Below, piece after piece: positions 1 through 9,889 of a DNA stretch of 64,000 nucleotides (position 1 is its first letter; each line of letters opens with the position of its first letter). This DNA comes from Isurus oxyrinchus. Taxonomy: Eukaryota. Made by a program: the position numbers and the translations under genes. Under the pieces are notes generated by a model. It saw only the letters and a program-made list of their open reading frames with translations, was not told the DNA's origin and searched no databases. The stretch is taken from positions 147,250,001 through 147,314,000 of the forward strand of contig JANJGN010000006.1 of NCBI GenBank assembly GCA_026770705.1, written 5' to 3'.

Positions 1-596
1 GCTGTCTATATTAAATCTTCAATTGACCTAAATTTACATTTAATTTGATTAATATGAACACTTCGAAGATTTTGCTTCTTTAGTAGACTGTAAGCACTGA
101 AGTATGGAGTGTTTAAAAAGAGAGTATTTCACTGCTGACAGTGAGTTATGGTAGTTCTTTCTTGACCATGAAAGACCCATAACTCAGAAGTGCTGCAGCC
201 TCAAGGGAATTGAGATGACATTTCACACAAGTGAACAAATAGTGGGAGCTCACAGCGAGATATCCTATCAGCTATGCTAGCTCCTGTTGGGTCCTTAAAA
301 GATTTTATAATTGAATGCTGGAAAACCACACAGTAAAATGTTACATGAATTATTGATTTTCATTTTTCTTCATTGAAAATTGTTCGGGGAGCTAAACTTC
401 CCTAAAAACTGAATGTTGTTCTTAAATATCTCCCATAGTACCATCAAATATTATTGACTGCAGTAACACTTTGACTACTGGCAAAAAGTATGGAATAGTT
501 TTATGCGATTTTAATGATTTTTTTCACATTTAGTAATGCTCCAGTACTCCGATTGTAATATTTTGTGAGGTTAAAGATGCTATAATAATACACGTT

Positions 597-880
597 TTTT
601 ATTATTACGGGATGTGGGCGGCGCTGGCTAGGCCAGCATTTACTGCCCAGCCTTAATTGCCCTTGAGAAGGTGGTGGTGAGCTGCCTTCTCAGACCGCTG
701 CAGTCCACATGGAGTAGGTACACACACAGTGCTGTTAGGAAGGGAGTTCCAGGATTTTGACCCAGCGACATTGAAGGAACGGTGATATATTTCCAAGTCA
801 GAATCGTGAGTGCCTTGGAGGGGAACTTCCAAGTGGTGGTGTTCCCATGTGTTTGTTGCTCTTGACCTTCTAGACAGTAA
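597..880 (-). mobile_element. LINE-A (CR1-group non-LTR) 3' fragment
   Basis: Reverse complement of the tail ...aaggcagctcaccaccaccttctcaagggcaatta...ccagcgccgcccacatccc that is also seen at 12590-12690. Confidence 0.85.
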
Positions 881-1189
881 TGGTTGTCTATTTGCTGTAA
901 CTTACTTGTAGAAAACACAACCAAGAAATATATGTTGGGTGGAATTGTATGCCAGTGGGATTTTACAGTCTCGCTGAAGTCATCAATGGACTTTTGAATG
1001 GGTCTCCACATTTATTGGGCCCACCCCTGCATGATGGAGCTGTACAATTCTGCCTGTGATTATAATTACTACTAATGCAGCAGTGCAGTAATGCTGTTTA
1101 ACAGAACTAAGGTGAGAGATGCCAATGGTAGGGACTAGAATTCTTTTTTTTTTCATTTTTGGCACCCAGTCTTAGACAAGATCACAAGG

Positions 1190-1565
1190 CATTTATGCGG
1201 AAAGTTATTTGATCCATTTCAGCTCATCCATTTAATAAAGGTCTCCAATTTGCCCATCTTGGCATCCATTAGTTTTCTAGATGATTCCAGGGGTTTTGCT
1301 TCCAGTATCATATCTGAAGCTCCTTACCATGCATGAATCATTGTTTGTGTGAAAAGGAATCTCCTGACATCAGTTCTAAATTCACATTTTACTATTTTGA
1401 ATCTGTGTCCCCTTATTCAACTGTCATGTAGAGGTCAAAGCCCTTTCCTGCTTATTTCTCCATTCTTCCCTTATAATTCAGCCCTTCAATTCCAGAGATT
1501 GGCCTTGTGGGTCTTTTCTACCCTGCTTCCAAAGCTTGAATGCCTTCTTTCTATCTTGGTGATGT
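1190..1565 (-). mobile_element. Old CR1 3' fragment
   Basis: Minus strand translates to RGHRFKIVKCEFRTDVRRFLFTQ, matching the CR1 ORF2 C-terminus seen at 24880-24960. Confidence 0.7.
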
Positions 1566-1585
1566 TATGATCTCCGTAGAGACCA

Positions 1586-2258
1586 TGTAAGATTCTTGGA
1601 TTCAGGGCCACAAATACCTAAGATAGGCAGTTGACTATTCCTAATTAATTTTAAAGTAGTTTATTAAGAAGCAACAGTTGAAAAGTGGTGCATTAATTAA
1701 TTAGACAGAAGAAGTATAAAACACGGGACAGTTCGGAGTGGTTTACCAATCTCAGAGGACAAATGCATGGTTGACACAGAGGTTGACTTCAGTAGCTTGT
1801 GATAGGAGCATTTTGCTTTCTAGTCGAAGTGTTAGGGAACTCTTCCCTTGGTCTTCCTTCTCCTCCTCTTCTTCCTCTTCCACCTGAAGAAGGCGGCTGC
1901 CTATCAAGTGCTGCTATTTCACCAGCTGCCCCCTGTCCCTGAGCACTTGTTAATATACCCTTTTTCTGGGAGCTGGTAGCTTAACCAGTGTCAATCATCT
2001 ATTCAAACACTTCTGAACAATGGATACAGGACAGGTACCCAAAATGTCAGGGTATTTCCCTCCTCCCTTGTTCATCACATTGCTCAAGGTCAACTTTTTA
2101 GTTTGCATCATGCTGAGAGCCATTTTTTGACCCTTTCCAAACACTTGCATGGACAAGGGGGCACACAAGATACCATACTACCAATTTAGGAATGTCAACA
2201 TGGAAGCCTGAAGTGACCTTGCCATTTCCAGGGGCTGTTTAGCAGTCAAAATGTTTAG
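1586..2258 (-). mobile_element. LTR, truncated by an adjacent LINE insertion; same family as 54077-54811
   Basis: Begins tgtaagattc. Reverse complement is colinear with 54137-54811 over about 670 bp. Confidence 0.75.
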
Positions 2259-2259
2259 A

Positions 2260-2392
2260 GGGGAACCATCACCTGCAAGTTCCCCTCCAAGCCTCTCACC
2301 ATCCTGACTTGGAAATATGTAATGCTGCTCCTTCACTGTCACTGGGTCAAAATCCTGGCACTCCCCCCCCCTAACAGCACTGTGGGTGTACC
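2260..2392 (+). mobile_element. LINE-A 3' fragment
   Basis: caccatcctgacttggaaat...gggtcaaaatcctgg...aacagcactgtgggtgtacc, as at 12475-12567. Confidence 0.8.
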
Positions 2393-2636
2393 TTTTTTAA
2401 AATTTGTTCATTGGATGTGGGCATCGCTGGCTGGGCCAACATTTATTGCCCATCCCTAACTGCCCTTGTTCAGAGGGCATTTAAGAGTCAACCACATTGC
2501 TGTGGGCCTGGAGTCATATGTGGGCCTGACCAGATAAGGACAGCAGATTTCACTCCCTAAAGGACGTTAGTGAACCAGATGAGATTTTATGACAATCAGC
2601 ACTGGTTTCAAGGTCATCATTAGACATTTAATTCCT
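2393..2636 (-). mobile_element. SINE (LINE-A-related core + LINE-A tail), head missing
   Basis: Minus strand has core ...gcaatgtggttgactcttaaatgccctctgaa joined directly to caagggcagttagggatgggcaataaatg. Confidence 0.8.
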
Positions 2637-2649
2637 GGGTGGGGGAGGC

Positions 2650-3232
2650 GGGGGGGCAGTTTTCTGCATGTTGGGCAGGCGCATGCCTGACCTGACTGAG
2701 CATAAGATGATGCACGATGACATCGGGCAAACGTTCCGACATCATTGTGCTCTCACGCAATATTTCGGTCGATGGGTGCGCACCAGAGTCGGCAGCGCAC
2801 CCACCGACAATTATAAGGCCTAATAAGGCCATTAGAAGGGTGATTGAATGAAATTTTTCACTGCCCATCCAACCTTGCGGTTGGCGGGCAGGCAAAATGA
2901 TCAAGCAGCCTTTGCGTTTTTTTAGGAAACCTCATCTACATGCAGGATGAGGTTTCCAACAGCAAATAAAAATAAAATAATTTATTTTTAAATTCACTAA
3001 CATGTCCCTGCTCATGTGCAGAGTCACAAGAGGGAACATGTTTTATAACATTTTAGAAATCTTTATTCTTAATATTTTAAACTGTTCATCTCCCTGAGGT
3101 AGCTCTGCACCTCAGGGAGATTTTCAAGCGCGCACCCAGGAGCATGTATGAAATTTGTGCTCACCCTCCTCCCCCCACACATAGGCAATGCTGTCAAACC
3201 ATTTCACACTGGGCGGGCCTTAATTGGCTGAA
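2650..3232. mobile_element. MITE-like non-autonomous DNA element (Harbinger-like ends)
   Basis: Similar to 4184-4742 and 6761-7395. Internal aacctcatc...gatgaggtt palindrome. Confidence 0.6.
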
Positions 3233-3234
3233 AG

Positions 3235-4150
3235 GTCCAAATTCCAAAATGAGAAACCAAGATCTTTGACTTCCCCCAAGAAGCATAGCTTTGTCTTCTG
3301 GGCTTGCAGTCTCGACCTTGTACATAATCTTTAAGCCTGCTGTGTGTTTCAGAGCTTTTGCCCTGCACAGTTTACTGTGTAGTGTCCAACCTTGTTGCAC
3401 TAAGAGCATTGGGCTGAAACTGCAGGACATTGGTCTCACTTGTGGATGCGCTTTGCTCCACAGCTTTGGCACAGTCACTTTGCCAGCCAGCTCGGGTATT
3501 GCTTTCCCTGGTCTGGAGTGCGCCTGTATCTTTGTTGCTTAACTAACTGAACTGTGGGTGGCCTCTGCACCATGGTTTATTTTCTTCCTTCAAATTGCCC
3601 TTCTCAAGGGTAACTAGGAATGGGCAATAAATGCTGGCTTAGCCACTGACACCCACATCCCATGAACAAAGAAAAGAAATGCTTCTGTGTTACTCATGGA
3701 GTTCTTACTGCCTTATTATCTGGATTGACTTTTCCAGGGTTAGATCTTCCCTTGCTTGCAGCAGGTCCGAGAGTGTGTCATTCACTACTCCGACCACTAA
3801 CCTGTCTCTGATGAGTTCATATTTTAAATCTTCACATTCACAACTTTCTGCCATCCTGTGCAGATCATTGATGAATGAATTGACCAGCTCATCTGGCTGC
3901 TGGAGTCCATTGTTAAATTTAGCTCTTTTGAGTATGTTGCTTCTTAGATTAAAATAAATATCAAATGATTTTAGTTTTTAGCTCTTCAAATTTAGCAGAT
4001 GATCAGCTGAATGCTAACTTACTCTGCTTCTGATGTTTTGTCTAAGCCTGAAGTGATGCTGTATTTTAGGATTCTTTTCCTCCACAGTCCCCAATTATGT
4101 GATTGATCTGGGCCTCGGATTAGTTCAAATTCATTTGGAAGTTTGGAATG
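3235..4150 (-). pseudogene. gag: Ty3/Gypsy gag remnant with zinc knuckle
   Basis: Minus strand: RAKFNNGLQQPDELVNSFINDLHRMAESC..ELIRDRLVVGVVNDTLSDLLQAREDLTLEKSIQ, followed by a C..CNKVGHY knuckle. Contains stops and frameshifts. Confidence 0.8.
3598..3680 (+). mobile_element. LINE-A/SINE 3' tail inserted into gag remnant
   Basis: ttctcaagggtaactaggaatgggcaataaatgctgg...cccacatcccatgaa. Confidence 0.75.
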
Positions 4151-4183
4151 GTTAAATTTTTTAAAATGTAGGTTCTGCTTCAA

Positions 4184-4742
4184 GGGAGGAATTTTCTGCT
4201 CATCAGGCACATGCCTGACTTGAACGAGTATAAAATGACATGCAATGAAGTCAGGCAAGCATCCCTATGTCATCACGCACTACACTCGAGCGATATTCTG
4301 GTCGGTGGGTGCGTGTGGGAGCTGGCAGCACTCCCGCCAACAATTAAAAGGAATATCATGGCCATTATCAATTTAATTAAATTAAATTTTTCGCAGCGAA
4401 AAGGCCAAGCAGCCTTTGCTTTTTTTTTTGCGGAACCTGATCGCAGGCTGGATGAGGTTCCGATTGTCATTAAACAAAAAAAATTCCATCCTAATTTCTA
4501 ATGTGTGACAGAGCCACCTGAGGTTTAACATCTTAAACTGCCTTATTTTTAATTTTTTATATCTTCACCTCCCTAAGGCAGCTCTGTCCCTCACAGAGAC
4601 ACACAGGGTGTGCACTCCTCACACCCCACTGAAATCAGCTGCCTTCCTGAAAACTTAAAGGTCCTTCCGACATCATCCTGCGTCATTTTCCCATCGGCGA
4701 GCGGGCCTTGCCCCCAAATCACCAATGGGAAAATTCTGGCCA
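4184..4742. mobile_element. MITE-like element with TIRs
   Basis: gggaggaattttc ... gaaaattctggcc imperfect terminal inverted repeats. Similar to 2650-3232. Confidence 0.65.
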
Positions 4743-4820
4743 ATGAATGGTGGAGCAGGCTCAAAAGGCTGAATGGCCTACTCCTGCTCCTATTTTCTAT
4801 ATTTCTATGTTTCTATATGT
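4743..4820 (+). mobile_element. CR1 (HER1-like) 3' tail
   Basis: ggagcaggctcaaaaggctgaatggcctactcctgctcctat followed by (ttctatgt)n. Confidence 0.8.
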
Positions 4821-4954
4821 GCCAGATCCTTATACCACTGAACCATGCTTGATAGAGAATGTTGGAAAGTGAGTAGATGAGGTGTCGTGCATTGAGCAAT
4901 GTGTGAGGCTAGTGGCTCAGTTGTAAGGACATAATATTTGAAGATTAATTCACT

Positions 4955-5200
4955 GCCCTTGACCACTCAGATGAAGTTCTTAAACTTCTTTCAGCATTTT
5001 ATCTAAGTCCTCAGGTTGACACCATTCACATTGACCTCAGTGGCTATCTGCTACTATTCCCTTCTAAATACATATCTGGAGGGCCTCCTGGCCCCCTGTG
5101 GAAAGAGGACCTCTCTTCTCCTGCCCATTGGCTGCACCAGTACCTCGAGTGCCCCATTGGGAAATCTGGAAATCCATTCTGTGCCATGCTGCACCAACTT
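4955..5200 (-). pseudogene. Harbinger-type Myb/SANT (trihelix) exon remnant
   Basis: RFPNGALEVLVQPMGRRREVLF...QIATEVN..NLRT..C.KKF pattern, with in-frame stops. Confidence 0.65.
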
Positions 5201-6760
5201 TACTTCTCTGTAGGCCAGAGTCTCTTCACCAGCCATTTCCATTACCAACTGCACTCAGGGTGCACCATTCATTTAAAAGGCACAGGCTCAATAGCGCAGA
5301 CGATCTTTAAGTGGCGCTAGCCTTGCATGAACTTGGATCTCTGTTGAGGAATGCAACCACTTGGCATTTGGCACTGGGCTGCCCATCATTATCATTTAAA
5401 TGAATAGGCAGCACGAAGCTTGCTTGCTGCTTGCGTTACTTTGAATAGCCAGGATAATCACATGTCGAAATTTCCACATCTTTGCTCGGTAGCTTTCCAA
5501 TTTTTTGTTCATTAACTTCTGAATAATGTGCGAGACTTCATGCAGCGTTCTTTTCTGTTCCACTTGAGCTTGGCTATTTAGATTACCAATCTCAGAGGAC
5601 TGTTATCAAGTTTGCTGAATAGGCTTTTAGGTAATGTTCCATCCAACAATTTTAGCCACTTGTGTCTCCAGCTACTTTAATGTGTGTTTTCCTCCCCAAA
5701 CCATTGTACCTTGCTACCTCCCTTCAAAAGCTAAACGTCTCCTCAAGTGCTCTTTAGTACTTCCACCTCTAGCTCATTGTTCCCTGTTCCTCTTTGTTAA
5801 TTGCTCCGAGAGGTTCCTGACATGATATAAATCCAAGCTGTTTTTCTAATTAACATATAATGGAAAGGGGCAGAAGTACATGGTTTATGAGATAATCTGT
5901 CAGTTACATCAATATCACAGTGACACACCAATCTTGTTAATTTATTGCATTTTACTTTTGCATGCATGAATCAAATATACATGTCTTTTTCTTAGCAGAC
6001 TATCACAAGGATGGCATTTGCAACCTTGGCATGTCCCAAAGTATTTCAAAGCCAATTAAATAATTTTGAAACGTAGTTACTATTGTTGTAATGTAGGACA
6101 AGAGAGGAAAAATCATTATCAATCACAGCCCAAATGCAGTTGTATAATTTACTATTGGTTTAGTAGAGCAGTTGACTTTTGTTCATTAAGCAATCTTTCT
6201 GCAACATTGCTCATCAATTGAGAACAGTTTCATTCACTGACTTAAGTCTTGCATGTGCAAAAAGAGACAACAGTATAACTTGGGAGCTGGGCAGTGATCT
6301 GCCTCTCAATGCCACTGCAGCCAAAACATGTGAGACCTGCGCCCCTAGCCCCGAGAGCAGGGAATCAGATGCTTTTGCTTTGTGCTTCAGTAGAACGCTA
6401 GCCCATGTCAAAACACATGCAAAAGTGGCCTGGGTGGTCCAAGCCTGGGTGGCCCATTGATACTGTTTGTTTAAAATTATTTTACCGTTGGACATAGCCT
6501 GATGCTCCCTCCTTTGCTCTCCTAATATGAAATAGTAAACATCTAGGGAGCACAGCAATGCATTGCATTTTGTCACTGAGCTCACTGCTGAATGGGCTGT
6601 TGTGCGATGAACAGTTTAGTTCTCAGTTTATTCATTGAACATCTCCAATTGGAGATCCCACCCTCAAATTGGCAATCATTACCACATTCATAGTTCCTCA
6701 GTTAAAAACAATATTTATACAATAGAAAGAAAATAAAGTAAGAAAGGGAAAAAAAAACAT

Positions 6761-7395
6761 GGAGCAGCATTTTACCCCGTCGGGGGGTTACGCGAAGTGG
6801 GCGCAAGCAGGCGGGTTCCCGATTGGCGCCCCGATTGGGGGCACGCCGCCATTTTATGTGCGTGGGCCAATTAAGGCCCATCCAGCGTAACATCCGCCCT
6901 GAAGTGTTGTGCGCTCCCTGTGCAGGCGGGATGGGGGGGAGTCCCTGAGCCGGAAGTGCACTCTTTTGCGCATACGCGTGAAAGAGTGCACAGATCTCCC
7001 TGAGGCAAAGTGCTGCCTCAAGGAGATCAGCGTTACTTTTAAAAACCTAATTAAAGACAGAAAAAAAATTAAGGACATGTACCCTAGTGTGAAACTGTCA
7101 TGTGAGATGGGAGATGTCCATTATTTTTATTTAAAAATTTTCATGAAATTTTAAATCTTACGTGGAACCTCATCCCGCCTGTGGATGAGGTTTCTTGCAT
7201 GATCCGAAGGCCAACTGGCCTTCTCGCCTGCCTGCCAATCTTAAGGTTAGATGGGCAGGCCCATTAAGTTCATTAATTAGTTTTTTAATGGCCATAATAG
7301 GCCGTTGACCAAATCTAAATGGGTGACGTCGGGCGGCATTTTACACTTCGGTGAGCGGGCCCCACCCCCGCTCGCCAACCAGAAAATGCTGCCCA
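6761..7395. mobile_element. MITE-like element, both TIRs present
   Basis: ggagcagcatttt ... aaaatgctgccc. No ORF. CpG-rich relative to flanks. Confidence 0.75.
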
Positions 7396-7790
7396 ATGCT
7401 TTTATGTAATGGCCTCAGGACGTCACAATGCACTTTGTAGTCAATTAAGTACTTCTGAAGTGTGGTCACTATTGGAATGCAAGAAACACAACAGCCAATT
7501 TGTACACAGCAATGTCCCACAATAAAATAAATGGCCATATATTCTGTTTAAGTTTTGGTTTAGGGTCAAATATTAGCCAGGATACCATGAGAACTCTCCT
7601 GCACCTCAAAACGCGCCATGCAAATGTTTGCAGCCATCGGAAAGGATAAATGTTTTAAATTTCTCATACTAAAAATGACAATACCAAAAGCACAACAACG
7701 CCTTCAGTACTGCACTGAAGTGCCAGCCCAGATGATGTGTTTGAATCTGTGGAAGGAGACTTGAACCCCTGACTTTCTGCGCTTATTGGT
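7396..7790 (-). mobile_element. Deu-domain SINE (SacSINE1/AmnSINE1-like)
   Basis: Minus strand cagtgcagtactgaaggcg...tcctggctaatattt...cttcagaagtacttaattgactacaaagtgc. Same family as 49110-52050. Confidence 0.7.
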
Positions 7791-8329
7791 AATAACTTAC
7801 TTGCTGGCACTTGTACAAATTGTAGGTTTTTTGTTACTGATGCTGCTTTAGCCCAAGTGTCATTTAAATATCCAAAATTAAGTATTCACTCAACCTACTG
7901 ATTACAGTGTACTGATGAATAGCCCTATTAATTTGACACTCAGTTAATCAACGGGATTGTGATTAGAACCCTTTCAGGAGACTTAAGAAATGATTCTAAA
8001 TTCACCATGTCAACAGGTTAGTGATTACCACACTGAATGTCACAAAAAAATTGAAAGTTTGTGATCTTATTTTATATTAATGGCATGATTAATGACCAAA
8101 ATACTTTGACATATTTTCTGGCAGACGGACAGGGGCCATGTGCTTGTGTTAATGTTTTTTCAGCAGTCATTTATGTAGACTGCATTTAGACCATATTTTT
8201 CACATGTTGTTTCTTTTAAGTAAGCTGCCTTGCTAAACGGATCAGCTGACACTCCTGACAAATTTCACAATCTCTTCTGCTGGTTGAATAATAGAACGTA
8301 TAGGACACGCCAGTCCGGAAACTGGAATA

Positions 8330-8870
8330 CATTACACCTATGTTGTATGTGTAAAATGGACACTTAAGGCTGCAACATGGCAGGTGGAGTGCGAGAATTC
8401 ATTGCCTGACAGGAGTGCATATTGGATTGGGCTCCTTTGTTGGTGTTTAGTGCACTTGCCAACAGTATGACAAGCACTCGTATATTGAAGTAGCAGTCTA
8501 ACACTTGTTGTAGGACCTTTTTTGCAAAATTGGTTTGCTGACACCTTTTTTTGCGGGTGCTGGACTTCTTTACGACTGCTTTGCAAACAGCCACGATTCA
8601 TTCATTCGGTGCCAGTCCTCTGCAGTGCCATTATTCCAACAGGCAGTTTGTCTGTGTCTATTATCCTGGCGGCAGTCCTGACTCTTTCATCCTGTGCCAG
8701 TCAGCCCTCTGCGCCACCTTTACTTTGACCAGGTCAATGAATAAATAGGCAGGCTGCTGGAAGCCCAGGAGGATCTCTTCAGCCAGTCTCTTGTTGGGAA
8801 CACTAGTGCGGGTCCCCAGTAATTTTTGGGCCATGTTTTGACCATGTGCAATAATAATCCATTGTAGGTG
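8330..8870 (-). pseudogene. Possible piggyBac-like transposase C-terminal remnant
   Basis: Frameshifted fragments TYN..LLH / F..RLAEEIL / Cys-His-rich end. Weak. Confidence 0.25.
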
Positions 8871-8949
8871 AAACGTTTTGAGTCTTTTCTGAGAGACACA
8901 GGGCTTTGTGTAAATGGTGGTCTATTTTGCTTTCACTTTTAATTTACAG

Positions 8950-9090
8950 CTTGAGATTGATAATTTTTTGTTAGGCAAGTACTTTAAGGATTACAGAGCC
9001 AAAGTAACTAGATAAGGATAAGATAAAGATCAGCCATTATTTAACTGAATGACAGAACAGGCTTGAGGGGTTGAATGATCTATTGTTGCT
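8950..9090 (+). mobile_element. CR1 3' tail (old)
   Basis: gagattgataattttttgttaggcaag...gatcagccat...aggcttgaggggttgaatg. Confidence 0.65.
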
Positions 9091-9889
9091 CAGAAAGCTC
9101 CTGGAAGAATTAATCCGCCAATGGTTGCTTTTGTGCTGTTAAGGCTGAAATTGGTTGACAAACACTAACAATTAAACACTGCCACATTGATTTCCCTATC
9201 TTTTTTGGCACCAGATCTCTTGAGGGTTGCAGACAGCAGGATTGAAGCTAAACCACATCTTTTGTTCTTGCTGGTGGTGAGCTTGGTGATGGCAAGGGCA
9301 TTTAATTTGACAAGGTGGTGGCGTATCTAAATCCCCGCTGCCTTTCCATTTCTACCAGAATTGAGTTCTGGCGGGAAGGCCCATGGTCAACCTTCCCACC
9401 CCGCTGCCAATTGAGGTCCTTAAGTAGCTAATTAATGACCACATAAGGGCCTATTATTATCCTAGTTGTAAGCAGGCCTGTTGCCATGTGGCATCCATGA
9501 CAGGTGAAATTGTGGGCCGCTTGTCACCTTGAGGGGCCCACAATCAAAGGCAATCAGAGCCTGATGGACGGATGGAACATCAAGAAGCGCCACTGAGAAC
9601 CGTCCCCTGCCCTTGTTTCTGACCTCCCTGCCCCCCTCTCCCTGCAACCCCCATCCTGCAACACCCAACCCATCACCCCCCGTCCCCCACAACTGTATGT
9701 TGTATATTCAATAGGTTTTATGGCGAGGTTTTTAGTCTAGTCTGGTTAAACATTAAGTCTTTATTAATAATTATTTATTAATATATAACTATGTACACAT
9801 GTACAGGATACAGTTCAAACTTGGAGCTTAACTCAATGCTTGCATCTACACAAGTTGGAGGGACAAGGTGGGAGCAGATCATTCATTGC

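Noticed and set aside
7978-8016. 39-nt symmetric micro-exon (cag|GAGAC...AACAG|gttagt)
   Set aside because: Weak pyrimidine tract, no recognisable peptide and no neighbouring exons.
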